A stretch of DNA of 63,042 bases, filler included, from Hyphochytrium catenoides (GCA_900088475.1; 8 parts of 8 records of this genome joined end to end with filler, not necessarily neighbours in it); one strand, 5' to 3'. Positions 1-12,793 are shown, counted from the whole stretch's first letter. Notes: generated from the sequence alone by a model not told the origin. Made by a program: numbers and translations.

Positions 1-503
1 AAAGGCAACAGCGCGAAGCAGATAGAAGACTCGAGAGGAGGCACACAAGGTCAACAGGAGAGAGAAGACGAAGAGTTAAGGGGAGACTCAACGCAGACCA
101 AGGATATAGAAGAGCAAAGGAGGGGAGAAGACGTAGAAGCTCTTCAAGACAGAGCGAGTGCAGAAGGAGTCGGAGGACGAGAGGATGACCAAAAAGGAGG
201 AGACAAGAAAGACAGCGAGAGAGGACAGACGGAAGAGAAAATAGAGAAGATTGGAGGATCTGCAGGCAGAGAAGACACAGAGCAGAGTTCACTTTTGCTT
301 CCTCAGCTCTCTTCCCTCGAGCGGTCTCTACACCTCCAGCCTCTGGCCACCAATCCCGCAGGTATTAGCATCTCGAGGAAAGCATTCTATGCCTCTCCTT
401 CCTCCTCTACGACCCATTCTTTTCCTTTTTCCCCTCGTCCCCTGTCCCCTCCCTCTTTCTCCCCCTCTCTCTCTCCCTCTCTCTCTGTCTCTCTGTCTCT
501 CTG

Positions 504-552
<49 letters not shown>

Positions 553-2642
553 TTCTCTCTCTCTTTCTCTCTTTCTCTCTCTCTTTCTTCCTCTTTCTCT
601 CTCCTCTCTCTCTTGCCCCCTCTTTCTTTCCTTCTTTTTGTCTTTAGTCTAGAGTTATATTTTTCTTTTGAATACCCTCCTTCTCTCTCTGTGTCTTTCT
701 CTTCCTACTCCTCTTCATTCTCTCTTCTTTCTCTCCTCTTTCTCTCTTGTTTCTCTCTCGCCCTTCTTTCTCTCTCGCCCTTCTCTCTCTCTCTCTTTCT
801 CTCTCCCCTTGATGTCCGACTCACACATTGACCTGGCTCTACTGCTCCTCCTGCCCCATCTTAGCTCATATAAAGAGTCAGCAATCAGAGGATGAAAGTC
901 GTCATCACCTTGAGAGTAACAACTTAGATGGCAGGAGTGAAAAAGCGAGCGTAGCCGACCAGCGGGGAGCATCTTCTCCTGCGCCCAAGCCCAAGTTCTT
1001 ATCAGGGAAGGAAGGACCCGAATGGAGAGAAGAGGCAAAGCCTACAGAACTGCTTTCTCCTCGAGGTAGTTTAGTTAGAAACAAGCTATTCGCCTCTGTG
1101 AATCAGGGCAAGGAAGCGGCGCTTCGAGACGCGTCTCTTTCTCAGAAGGAGGAGCTCAAAGTGGAAGAGAAGGATGGCTCGCTTCCTCTCTCTCTTGCTC
1201 ACAAAGAGGAGATCCGAGAATCTCTCTCTCTTGGCCCTACGCCCTATGACTACACGGTCGGTAGGTTAATAGCGAGATCAGGCCCTTTCGTCACGAAGAA
1301 ACGGGAAGACGACGAAGGAAAAGCTAATGAGGGAAGACAGGGAGCCATCACGGAGACAAGGAACTCAAGAGCCCCAAGGGCAAGTCTCTCTGGCGAAGAA
1401 AGAGGTGGGGCCTCTTTCCAACTTCTTCTTCTATGCTATCTCCTTTTTTCTCTGTCTCTTTTCTTCTTATTTTATATTGCCTCCATCTCCCTGTCCTTCC
1501 ATTTCTCTGTTTCTCTGCATCCAATATCTCTCGTTATTCTCATTCCTTTTACGCTCCAGCGGGTGATACCTCTCTGTCTCTCTCCCATTCTTGTCTGATC
1601 TCTCTCTTTTCCGTAAATCCGACCCTCCTTGTCTCTCTCTCTCTCTCTTTGTCTCTCTCGGCCGCCATCCTCCTCCAAAGACCTCAAGAAAGGCCATCTA
1701 GACACGAAGAAGCTGTACAAGTTTCCTCTCCCGGCCGCAGATGCTAGAGCAGTCAAAGCAAACCTTCGCTCCTCTATTGCCTCTCTTGAGAAGCTCCTTG
1801 AGAACTCTTCCCCATTCTCCCCTCTCTCTTCTTCGTCTTCAGCGTCTACTTCTCTCGCTGCTTCCAGCCTCAAGATCAAGGACGTTAACCATATTCCTCG
1901 CTGCTGGGAATTCTCAGCAGACCAGCCTTGGGTTCTCCCTTCCAACACATCGTCCCCTCCTCCTTTGACTCCTGCGTCTTCCGCGAAGTCTCTCCTTTCT
2001 TCTTCTTCATTGTCTCTCTCTCAGAATCCCCTTCCTCCAGCAGCTGCGAGGCCATCTCACCCTTCTGATCCTTGGACCTCGTCTTCCTCCGCGAGGCGAA
2101 CTCAAGGATTGAAGAGCTCTGACAAAGCGAGACAAAAGAAAAAGGCAAGAGTTCCACCAACTCCTCGTTGCCTCATCTCTTTACACCTTCATTGCAGCCC
2201 TTGCACGTATCTCTCCCTAGCGTACTCTTCTGTCCGATCTCCTAGCTCTTTCCGTTCTTTCTCGCTTCTTTTTTCCTTCCTCTCCTCTCTATCTCAGCCT
2301 GTTCCGTTCTTCCCTNNNNNNNNNNNNNNNNNNNNNNNNNNNNNNNNNNNNNNNNNNNNNNNNNNNNNNNNNNNNTCTCTCACTAACGGAAAGCCCTGCT
2401 TTTGTCCTTACCGCCAGGCTACAATGCCCTCTCTGGCGGATAAACATAGCGATCCTTCCTCTTCTCTGCCTTCCTCCTCTTCGGCTTTCAAGGGGAAGGG
2501 GCTCTCCGCATCACACTCGCGACAAAAGTCTCGGAGACCGGAAGCAACAGGAGGAGGAAGAAGGGAACAAAGAGGAGAAGGAGCAATGCCTGATAGCGCT
2601 TCCTTCTTCTTTGTTTCTACCTGCAAGATCCACAAACGATGA
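1..2642 (+). CDS. Partial multi-exon hypothetical protein, low-complexity (E/G/S-rich), boundaries approximate
   Basis: Frame 1 is open from 1 to 361 and ends at a GT donor (CAG|GTATT). Protein-like segments lie at ~865-1405 and ~1660-2145 (DLKKGHLDTKKLYKFPLPAADARAVKANLRSSIASLEKLLE), separated by CT-microsatellite introns. No domain recognised. Confidence 0.4.
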
Positions 2643-3110
2643 GAGACTANNNNNNNNNNNNNNNNNNNNNNNNNNNNNNNNNNNNNTCTCTCTCTCTCTC
2701 TCTCTCCCTCTTTCTCTTTCTCTCTCTCTCTCTGCCCCATGCGCGCTTGCTTAAGGTTAGATGCTCAGTACTCCTATCTCCTATAGATAGTACCACTATT
2801 TATTGTTACTGGCAGATTATAATAGAGCCTCTGGGCCGATTCCCTCGCTTTGACTTGCTCCCACTTCAAGGCACAAACAGAGAGATCAGAAAAGAGCACT
2901 TCCCACAGGGAATAAAATACGGTTCCAAGGCACACCGAGGCAAGAGGCTGAGCGGGGGCAATCTCTCTCTCTCTCTCTCTTCTTTCTGCTCTCTGTTGAA
3001 GAGTCCGTAATCAGAGAGGGCAAGGGGATGAAGAAAGACTCTCTCTCTTCTTTCCGCTCTCTCTTGAAGAGTCCGTAATCAGAGAGGACCAGGAGATGAA
3101 GAGAGAACTG

Positions 3111-6072
3111 TCACTGGTCCTCTCTCTCCCGTTCTCCTCCGACATTAGCTCCTTGTCTCTTGAATCCCTGTCTCTTTTGCTGCACTTCCACCCATTCCTT
3201 TGCAAAGGCCACGAGAGGGATGAGCGCCTTCACCAGCCAGTCTCTCTGGATAGGGTCTTCCGCCTTGATGTCCAATGATCTCTCAGGTGTGATGAGAGAG
3301 AGACAACAGCGAGGGTCCAGCTATTTGGAGAGCGTGAGAGCAGAAGAGATTATAAGCCCCACGGGCATCTGCGGACGTATGGAAAAAGCAGAGGAATATA
3401 GAGAGGAAGAGAGAAATAGTAATAGGAACAACTGGATTCGAAGAGACGAGACGAGAAGAAGATTAGCCAAAGCTGGAGATCGAAGAGCTCGGACGCCGCT
3501 CATTGGCTATTCTCTCTCTCTCTCTCTCTTCATATTCTCTTCTTTATCCGAGTCTTTTCTCCTCCCTTCCATCTCTGTCCCGCTCTGTTGCTTACCTTAT
3601 CTTTCTTGGCAGCCTTCTTTAGCACGTCTGTGTTGCAGCCTAACTCTAAGCTAACAACAGTCCCCAGCTTCAGACATTCCTGGCTCTTCTCCCCATTCTT
3701 CGACCGCCAATGTAGAAAGTTTGGCTGCGTCGGTTCCAAGACCAGTCGCGTCGGGTGAGGAGCGCCTCTTCTGCCGTACTGGAAGTCGAAGGGGACATAC
3801 GGTGGGTCAATGGTGGGCCGATGAAAGAGAGCGACAAACACAGGTGATGCAAAGGTCCCTTGTCTTGTTTCATCTCTTCTTTCTCTCTCCCTCCATCCCT
3901 CTCTCTCTCTCTCTCTCTCTCTTAATTTTTTTCTCTCTCTCTTTCCCTAGTTGGCTTATAGCTCTTGCTCCTCTTCGACGCGTTCCTCTGTCTCCTCATT
4001 TCTGTCTCTCTCCTTCTCACACTGCCATCTCTGCATTATCTCCTCCTTGTAACATGCCTTTATTTCCCATCAGAGTTTGTCTCTCTCTCTCTCTATTTCT
4101 CATTCATTAGCTCCTGCCCATAGTTGTTACCTTCACAACCATTAGCCCATTCATGCTCTGCTGAGCAAGAGAGAGCTCAAGCGCCTCTCGTGCGGAGAGT
4201 TCCATCTGCTGTCTCTGTCTCTTCGCATAGTCCGTCAGCTCTCTCTGGACCTCTCTTGTCAGCTCACAGATCCGAGGGTAGAGCAACTCTTTGCTGATAT
4301 TCTGAGCAGTGTGCTCGGCAAGGAGATGCCTCAATTCCGTCTTAACATTAGGGAAACGATGGACCACGTTCTTCAACAGGCGAAGATGCCGCAGCATAAG
4401 CGCGTGCTGGCAAGGGCCAAGAGAGATGGGCAAAGGAGAGAGAGAAGCAGGAACAGAAAAGAGACGATGCGGCGTGGCTGCGCGCTGCGAGAAAGAGCGT
4501 GAGAAGGATGGGGAGAAGAGGGATGCAGAGAAGGAGAGACAAATGAGAGTTGGATACGAAGGAGAGCAACCAAGCAGAAGAGATGGTTGAAGTTAGAAGG
4601 CGGTAAAAGTTAGAAGAGAAGAGTTTATAAGCTTTGCGCACTCAATGGAAGAGATGTGTCTTAAGACAGAGCAGAGCGGAGGGGAAGACTATGTTGGAGA
4701 AGAAGCGTGCGAGAAGAGAACAAAAGAATCAGAATAGAGGAAGAACCTACCGCTTTCCTGCTGGCCAGTTCCCTTTCTGGAAGAAGAGACTGACCATTGG
4801 CACTGGGCCTTAGTACTAGAGCCGACATAGAGGACGAAGAGCGAGAAGAAGATGAGGATGAACAGGAAGAAGAGGATGAAGAAGAGGGAGAAGGTGGTCT
4901 GGCGACAGCCGAGGAGACATTAGAGGTGGAGCTGGACATGAGGTCGACCATGGCATCATAGTCATCTTTCTCTGTCTCTCTCTCTGTTCCAGAAGACTTC
5001 CCGCATCCTGCCGGTGAACCAGAGGTCGGAACTGAGGATCCTCTCTCTCTCTCTTCTCTCTCATCGCCCTCTTCCTTGTGCAGCTTGAACTCTGTAATAG
5101 ACTTGGATCTCCTCGTAGTGTTACGAGGAGAGGCGCCTCTTCCCTCTCCTCCATATGGACCGTACTCTGTCAGAACGCGCTGGATAAGAGAGGAGAGTCC
5201 AGTGCTTGCGTCTTTCTCTCTCTCTCTCTCCATGTATGGCTTGCGCATACTCCTAAGAGCTTCTCTTGGCGTTTTGAGGGAAGACACCGGGGACGGAGCG
5301 GTGCTGAGAGACTGCTTATTCTTTCCGACGTCGTCATCTTCAGTAGTCTTCAAGGGCGATGGGCGTGCTTTCTTCTCTTTCTCTCCTGCCTGTTCCTTCT
5401 TTGGGGTCCCTAAGATTAGGCCCTTCATCTTCAATCCACGGCGGACGCTTGATCGCTTTGAGGGAGGCTACGTCAGAGTGAAAGGGGAGAAGGAGGGAAC
5501 AAGACATGTAGACAGCGAAAGACAGACAGAGAGGATAAATAGAGAAAGATAGAAAGGCGAGAGAGAAGAGAAGAGAACCGGAAGAGAACGAGCTGCAGGC
5601 TAAAGTAACAGGGAGACAGAGCCAGAGTGAACACGCATGAGGGAGAGAGTAAAGTGACAGTAAGAGTGACAGAAAAGGGAAGGAAGCCGTGGAATGATAG
5701 AAACAAGAGAAGAGAGAGAGAGAGCAAGGAGAGAGAAGAATACCTCGAGATGTGGCTTCTCTTCCTTCTTCTTGCTTGGATTGTTGGACTGACCGTCCTC
5801 AGGAGCGCCTTTCGGGTGGTTATTCTCTGAGGAAGCCTGTCGATAGGGAAAGGACTGATGTTAGGGAAGGGCAAACTTCTATAGGCACGGGGTGAACCAG
5901 CAGGGGCAACACGTACATTAACAAGGAGAACGAGGCGGGGGAAGGAAAGAGAGAGAGAGAGAGAAAAGAGAGAGAGATTAAGATAAAGAGAACGAAAAGA
6001 CGAAGGACAGAGCAAGAGAGAGCGGGAAGGAGCAGAAGGACAAACAGAAAGCACAGAGAGAGAGAGAGAGAT

Positions 6073-6120
<48 letters not shown>

Positions 6121-6468
6121 AGAAAAGAATAGAAGCAGAAGTAGGAGGGACACAATGAGATATATATAGAAGAGAACAGAGGGGAAGAGAGGGAATTCTT
6201 GCATTACCTCTTTTGGTGGCACCTCTACAGCAGAAGAATGTTGTTCTGGTCCTTGAGGAGTGCGCTGGAAAGCCTTAGCCATGAGCTTCGAAGGAATGCT
6301 CCGCGAGGTTCTCCCTTGCTGCAGCTTGAGAGAGAGAGAGAGAGAGGTGGGAGAGAGAGGAGATGAAGAGGCTAAACCACTCTGCGGGAACAAGACGGAG
6401 TTATTTGGATTCCGCTCCTGCATGCCTCTCACTTCTCTTGAGCTCAGACTTCTCTCCTCTCGCACCAT
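3111..6468 (-). CDS. Multi-exon protein with a C-terminal PH domain (PLC-plant-like/Mcp5-type) after a low-complexity N-terminus
   Basis: Splicing the exon ending at 4131 to exons 3778-3596 and 3320-3111 (GT-AG, phase 0) gives GLMVVKYGRRGAPHPTRLVLE...LKLGTVVSLELGCNTDVLKK...CLSLITPERSLDIKAEDPIQRDWLVKAL. This matches the KYGRRG...SLD...RD.W pattern of that PH subfamily. Stop TGA at 3111-3113. Upstream exons and the start at 6468 are less certain. Confidence 0.75.
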
Positions 6469-7276
6469 CTCTCAAAAGGGTCGAGTGAGGACTGTGACGA
6501 TTAGAGAGAGAACCAGAGAAAGAAAGGATAGTTAAAGAGAAGGAAGCTATAGTGTGAAGAATGAAGAGAGAGAGGATGTCTCGAAGAGCTCAGCCGCCTT
6601 CCCAACCATCTAGGGATTGCTCTTTATCGCGTTTTTCGAAGCTTCATCCTTTGCTGAGTGGATAGGCGCCACGCCGTCCACCGACGCGGGTTCGGAGAAA
6701 GGAGAGAGAGAGAGAGTCGGCCCATGCCAAAGACAGAGTCACCGAAAGACAGAGCAAACAGAGAGAGAGAGAAAGAGAGAACAGAAGGAGAGCGTAACAA
6801 AGATAAGAATTAAATAGCTAAGAAAGAAAGAGACCCATCATACGGGAGAGAAAGGATGGGGGCATCAAAGGACAGTACAGAGGAAGGTGAGAAGAATAGG
6901 AGAAGGAGGAAGATAATTGATGGAGAAAGGCAAAGAAGGAAGTCGAAGAGATGGCCAAAGAAATAGACTGGGTTATAAAGACGAGTGGAGAGGGGGAAGG
7001 AGGGAGGAGAGAAAGAGGGAAGGGTGAAGGACTAGAGAGGCACCATGACCAAGGGCAAGCTGCTTGATGGAGAAGGACGGCCTGGCTAGATGATAGGGAA
7101 AGAGCGAGGAAGTGGGGAACAGAGAGAGAGAGAGAGAAAAAAGAGAGAGAAAGGTGAGGAGGAGAGGAGGATCTCGAAAGAGATTAGGTCTCAGTGTGAG
7201 AGAGAGTGCAGGAGAGAGAGAGATTGAGCATAAGAGAGAGAGAGAGAAACAAGAGAGAGAGAGAGAGAGAGAGAGG

Positions 7277-7333
<57 letters not shown>

Positions 7334-7514
7334 GGGAGGAAGAGGGCTGTGCTTGCCATCTGAAGTAGTAATACGAAGTCGTATATTAAAACAATATGGT
7401 AAAAGAATATTACTATTCAAGCTGAAAAGAGTTACAAAAGTACCCGCTAACGCCTACCCTTGAACCTTGACCTATCGAACGGCGAGGAGAGAGAATGAAC
7501 GCACGGGCCAAGGA

Positions 7515-7555
<41 letters not shown>

Positions 7556-8007
7556 TGAAGTTGAAGAGTGACAGAGAGGACAGGTAGAGGAAGGCGGCGA
7601 AAGCGAATAAGAGCTACAGGGGACGAAGAGAGAGAAAGAGAGAGAGAGAGAAAATGTAAGAGAGAGAAGAGATAAAGAGAGAGAGAGGAGGTACCAATGA
7701 GAATGCCGAGCAAGGGAAAGAAAGAAGGGTTCTATAGATATATTGATGACACTCTAATGTGTTACGAGCAGAGACTCTAAAAAGAAAGAGTTCCAACAGC
7801 ATGAGAGGCAAAGAACCCTAACTCTAACCAACTAACAGGAAGGCTCGAGAGGATGGTGATTAAGCCTAGGATCTTTCTTCTCTCTCTACAACGTAAGCCT
7901 CCTTAAGAGTGCAGAAGTTCTGACTGACCGCTGAAGGAAATAAAGCAAAGCTTACCTCACCGACACCCAGCGTCTTGAGACTCTTCCTGATGATCTTGCC
8001 TTTCTCA

Positions 8008-9071
8008 TCACCTTTCCGGACCTCTAACCTCTTGAGGTGCTGGCGCAGCATTGACTTTCTGCTTCTTTTGCGTGGCCCTGTAGCACCACTGCTCGTGTGC
8101 ACCAGGTACAACTAGATAAGAGTTCACGCTGTTGCTTTTTTGGCAAGCACCAGGGGCGGACACCGCCCATAGTCCTGACGACACACTCCAAGAGTAGACA
8201 TCGAGGCAATGCGGGACAACAGGGAATGGTGATATCAACGACTTCCTAGATTGGCTTGATCGTGTCTGTCTGTCCCTCGCGTCTTCTCCAGTTAGAGAAC
8301 AGTGAAGGTTCAACTTGACGAAGGCTACCGGTTACCCGTCTTGTTGTCATTTGCCTCCAGCACAATGGTTATCGCTTCGTGAATGACACAGTCAAGACGC
8401 TCTAAGTCGTTGATATTCGTCATTCCCTATTGGAGTCGTCACAACTCGCTGTCTACTCTTGGACGTGTCGTTAGAACTATGGGTGGTGTCCGCCCTTGGT
8501 ATTTGCTCAAAAATATATACTAAGCACGTCCCAAAGAGCCACTGAGTTAGAGCAGGTTCCAAATCACCTTGTCCGCAAGGAGCCGTCTGACCAGCATCCA
8601 GTCGACTGATTATCCTAATACACTCAGCCACGTGCTTCAACATGGGGGGGACTGCTGCCTTTAGGGAAAGCATTTATCAGACAAGGCATCCCACCCAATG
8701 GTTGTTGCAGAGCTACCCGCCGACGGTAGTCCAGCATGGAGGTCAATGGCTGACATCGTAGGCTCCAACTCTCGAGAACCAATTGGACTAGGCTTTCTTG
8801 GTCCCGATGGATGCGTCACAATGTACGAGCGCTGCTAGGCAAGAAAGTGGCTTCGAAATCAGGATTGCCTGTGTGGAGCTGGTCATACCAGATTTGGGTC
8901 GGAGAGTAAAGAATTGCACTTCCTCCCTCGAGGAAGTGCAAACGCCAGACATGACTCATCAAGGTCAGGAGTGCCACGTGGATGCGAAGTACATCATCAT
9001 CGCGATGACAGCTGATGCTTTCGCGAGTAGCTGTATGTCCTTTAGCACTAAAACCGCGGCCTCAATGTAGC
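8008..9071 (-). CDS. Probable intron-rich hypothetical gene fragment
   Basis: Microsatellite-free stretch with protein-like segments (YIEAAVLVLKDIQLLAKASAVIAMM; LDCVIHEAITIVLEANDNKT followed by a GT donor). No family recognised; exon chain not resolved. Confidence 0.3.
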
Positions 9072-9171
9072 NNNNNNNNNNNNNNNNNNNNNNNNNNNNN
9101 NNNNNNNNNNNNNNNTTAATTAATTAANNNNNNNNNNNNNNNNNNNNNNNNNNNNNNNNNNNNNNNNNNNN
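9072..9171. other. Artificial contig spacer
   Basis: 100 nt of N containing TTAATTAATTAA (stops in all six frames); same design occurs seven times. Confidence 0.95.
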
Positions 9172-9963
9172 GCACTCCGACATCAGATGAGTCGACACCT
9201 CTTGATCAAGCTCGTTCGCCTCCTGATATGCAAAATGTGTCAGCCACTCTGTCCACTCTTTCTCTCTCTCACTCTCTCTTATCTCGTCTCCCTTATCTCA
9301 CTCTCTCTCTCTCTCTCTCTCTTATCTCGTCTCCCTTCTCTCTCTCTTATCTCGCCTCCCTTCTCTCTCTCTCTCTCTCTCGCAAGCACGAGACCTCTCC
9401 CTCTCTTTCTCTGTCTCTCTCTCTTATCTCTTATCTCGTCGCCCTTCTCTCTCTCTCTCTCTCCCTCTCTCTCTCGCAAGCACGAGAGGGGTCCAGACGC
9501 ACCTTTAGTCGAAGATAAGACTTCTCTAAGCTTTCAGCGCGGGCGATGTATTTGTTCTCCTCCTCAATAAAGAACGTGGCAATCTTCTGTAGCTCGGCCC
9601 GGAGCCGTCTGAAAAATGCGACCTCCCCGGCAGAGCTTGCTGAAGGATGAAAGCACCACGCAATAGAGAGAGAGAGAGGGAGAGAACAGACAGCTTGTCA
9701 GCGTACTCGCAGCTTCAGCTAGAGATAGAGAAGGAACAGGACGGAGAGAGAGAAGACAGAAGAGACAGGGCCTTACATATAATCTTCTCCACATTGTCAT
9801 CCTGAGACACTATTGCTGGCTGCTTGGTCCCTGCCCCGGTGAGCTTCTCCTCTTTACAGATATCTTTGATGAGCTTCTTCAGCCCTTTATAGTTCACCCA
9901 GCTCTCTGACCACGTGGGGTGCGAGAGCTTCGAGCTCCGCTGCAGCGTCTTCCCAAACTTCAT
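9172..9963 (-). CDS. SPX-domain protein, N-terminal part (truncated by contig end)
   Basis: Starts MKFGKTLQRSSKLSHPTWSESWVNYKGLKKLIK (SPX MKF...Y..LKK motif). Next exon reads EVAFFRRLRAELQKIATFFIEEE (SPX helix 3), then EANELDQEVSTHLMSEC up to the contig end. Confidence 0.9.
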
Positions 9964-10634
9964 CGTCTCATAAACTCCAGATATATATGTCCCGTGCTCT
10001 GTAAGAGTGACGCGGCCGTACGAAGATGGAAGAAAGAGAAACAGAGAGAGGGAGTGCGTCTTAGTGCTCAACAAAGACGAGAGAGAGCGAGAGAAAGAGA
10101 GAGAGAGAGGCTTTCCCCATGCTGACAACCCTGTCCCTACCTCAGTTGACCAAGCGCCAGAGCAGCGCGACTCTGGAAGAGGTATCACGGAGAGAAGAAG
10201 CCAATGAAGAAAGGAGAAGCAGGCTTCAAACCAAGGAAAACAGTCTCTTCTATCTCTGCAGCTTCTTATTGCCAGGACTGACCGCAACTTCAAGATGCTG
10301 ACTCCTAGACGCTCTAAGGAGCATCGGACGATGGACAAGACTGACAGTGACGCCACCAGCGGCAAGAGACTGAGAGAGAGAGAGAGACAGAGAGAGAGAA
10401 CGCCCGCGCGACGGCGAAGAAGAGAGCAACAGGGCAGAGAGAGGAATCTCAGTAGAGAAAGCCAGGTGTCTGATCTCTGAAAGTGAGCTGCTGCACAGGT
10501 CCGCGCTCCTGTTTGAAGTTCCGTCCGGAGATTCGATTGAGGCTGGGACTTGAGGTGCAGAGGCAAGGAAACGAAAGGGGACAGAGGCGGTTCGTCAGAG
10601 GCAGGTTGATGGGTGAGNNNNNNNNNNNNNNNNN

Positions 10635-10676
<42 letters not shown>

Positions 10677-10865
10677 GGACGAAAAGATGCAAGAGCAACA
10701 GAGAGAGAGAAGAGAGTGTGTAGCTGTTATGATGGAGGATAGAGGCAAATGTATAGAGTTTGTGTGTGAGAGAGAGAATGTGGTTGAAGGGAAAAGGAAG
10801 GAGAGACTGAGACTGAGACGAGAGAGAGCGAGAGGGAGAGAGAGGGAGAGAGAGAGAAAAGTGAA

Positions 10866-10913
<48 letters not shown>

Positions 10914-10920
10914 GAGAGAG

Positions 10921-11207
10921 TGTTGGCCGAAAATTACTGGTTCTCTCAGACCTCCTCCCGGAGTGAAGTAAGGCATCACCACCTCTTTATAGATAGGCCT
11001 TTTCATTACGACCGATATAAGGGAAAAAAGAAAACAATCCTTATATAAAGGTGGTGTTCGGCCACGGGATAAGGGTAAAGGACCTACAGATCTTAGGCCC
11101 AGATTCACATCCCTGTATAAATGTTAGACGTTCCTCTTGAGACAGCACATCTGACCAGTCCTAGATGGCCCATCCACCCCTGGGGTACATATGGCTCTGA
11201 TTCTAAT
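10921..11207 (-). mobile_element. Candidate TRIM / miniature LTR retroelement (3' LTR, ~100-nt internal region, PBS)
   Basis: A 189-nt block 10921-11109 is bounded by TGT...ACA and abuts an (AG)n tract. The minus strand at 11205-11193 reads TAGAATCAGAGCC, 11/13 identical to the tRNA-iMet PBS TGGTATCAGAGCC. The contig ends where the 5' LTR would begin. Confidence 0.45.
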
Positions 11208-11307
11208 NNNNNNNNNNNNNNNNNNNNNNNNNNNNNNNNNNNNNNNNNNNNTTAATTAATTAANNNNNNNNNNNNNNNNNNNNNNNNNNNNNNNNNNNNN
11301 NNNNNNN
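11208..11307. other. Artificial contig spacer
   Basis: N-run plus TTAATTAATTAA plus N-run. Confidence 0.95.
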
Positions 11308-12377
11308 CACCAGACTGAGAAGGGCTCACTGAAAAGGGTCCTTCTTGTCGCCTTTATTTCCATTGTCACTTTTTTTATCCTTCGTTTACGGGAACCCTTT
11401 TGCTCTTCGGATGGGTCGGGAGGTGTGGCACAATCACGAGCGTAATGCCCGTACCCGCGGCAGCGGTAGCACTGCACCTTGCTTAAGTTTTTGCCGTTTC
11501 CATTTCCCATTCGATCTAGGTCCATGGGCTCCGGTCTGTCCCCATTACGATTTCCTGCACTACCACCATTAGAATGATCACGCTGATCTGCTCTCTCTCT
11601 TGCTGGCGGTGCGTTGCGCGGGTTGGTGTTGTTAGGGATTCCACCAAAAAATTGTCTTCTTCTACCCCTCATTGAGTTCACAATATTCTCGAAACTCTGT
11701 GCGAAAAACACAGCGTCGTCTAGGGTAGCCGGGCGGTTGGTCCGGACATTGTAGGCCGTCTCTGCCCGCAATCCTTCAATGTACTCATACACACGAGTAG
11801 CTTCATTGTAGGACAGTTCCGTCGCTAGAGTCCGAAACTGAGATGTATAACGGTGCAACGGCAGCCTTGGTCCCTGACCTTGTAACCTCCGTAACTGGTC
11901 CCGGCAATGTTGCTCATAATAAGCTCCCCCTAGAAACTCACGGCGCAGAAGCCCTTCCAGCTCTTCCCAAGTAGTGATGGGATCTCTTCTACGAGCCAGG
12001 ATATCATGCCTCAAAGACGTCCACCACGTCTTGATCCTTTGTGATTTGAAAGCAAAGGTAATGAGGTATAACCTTGCTTCATCATTCTCAGCATGGACCT
12101 TGTCAAACCAATCCAATACTTCCTGCAACCAGTTTCTGGCATACTGCAAACTGGGTTGCTCCCATTCAAAAGGAGGGATGGGAAAAGTTCGAACCCTGTC
12201 CATTGCAATTCCATGTGGGGCTGCGCGTTGATGTACCAACAACCGTGTTGCCTCAGACGTTTGCTCGGAAATCCGAAGCGCGGCCTCCACTCGATCCTCT
12301 CTCAAACGTTGTTCCACATCGGGAAAGTCGTCTCCTCTCCCATTCCTAGCAGTTTGCTCTCTTCTTTCCTCTGCCAT
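11308..12377 (-). CDS. gag: Ty3/Gypsy retrotransposon Gag (capsid domain plus CCHC zinc knuckle)
   Basis: Capsid-like KTWW...TWEELEGLLRREF...YTSQFRTLATEL...YIEGL...PATLDDA, the PEPMDLD motif, and CYRCRGYGHYARDC (CX2CX4HX4C). pol lies beyond the contig end. Confidence 0.92.
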
Positions 12378-12599
12378 GGCTCAAACAAGACTCCTTTATC
12401 CACTTCTGGTACTCGTTCTTGGAAGAACAGAAAGAGCTGACGATTCTCTCGCTGACAGTCTTCTGTCCCAACTCTTTATAGCTGACGTCAGGCTATAAAG
12501 TACGAACAGCCACCCAGAGCTCTCTCAGGATAAGGACTAGATAAGAAAAAAAAAGTACGGAGTACAGAGTTGACACTCAGAATCACTTCAAGTGCAGGT

Positions 12600-12793
12600 T
12601 GTTACCCAACCGTCACTTCAAGTGTAGGGCAGGATCGACTGATCACTCCCTATGAATGATGACGCACTGTGAAGCACCAGCCATCTCCAATTAGCATGAG
12701 AGAATCCTAGAATCTTCTCATCTAAATCGCAAATCGGCCAATCAGAAGCTTCACAAGGTCTCGCAGCTGCTTCAGCTCAGGCGTCCTGTTACA
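12600..12793 (-). mobile_element. Putative 5' LTR of the Gypsy element
   Basis: Minus strand begins TGTAAC at 12793 and has GTAACA ending at 12600, upstream of gag. No second LTR is available, so the inner boundary is tentative. Confidence 0.5.

Noticed and set aside
251-831. Long SLSL/ERER ORFs here and throughout the AG-rich contigs
   Set aside because: (CT)n/(AG)n tracts lack stop codons, so these ORFs are microsatellite artefacts.
9116-9127. TTAATTAATTAA palindrome recurring seven times
   Set aside because: Always centred in a 100-nt N spacer; an assembly-concatenation linker, not biology.
10921-12793. TRIM-like block as the 3' LTR of the adjacent Gypsy element
   Set aside because: They lie on different contigs separated by a spacer, and the two putative LTRs share no visible similarity.
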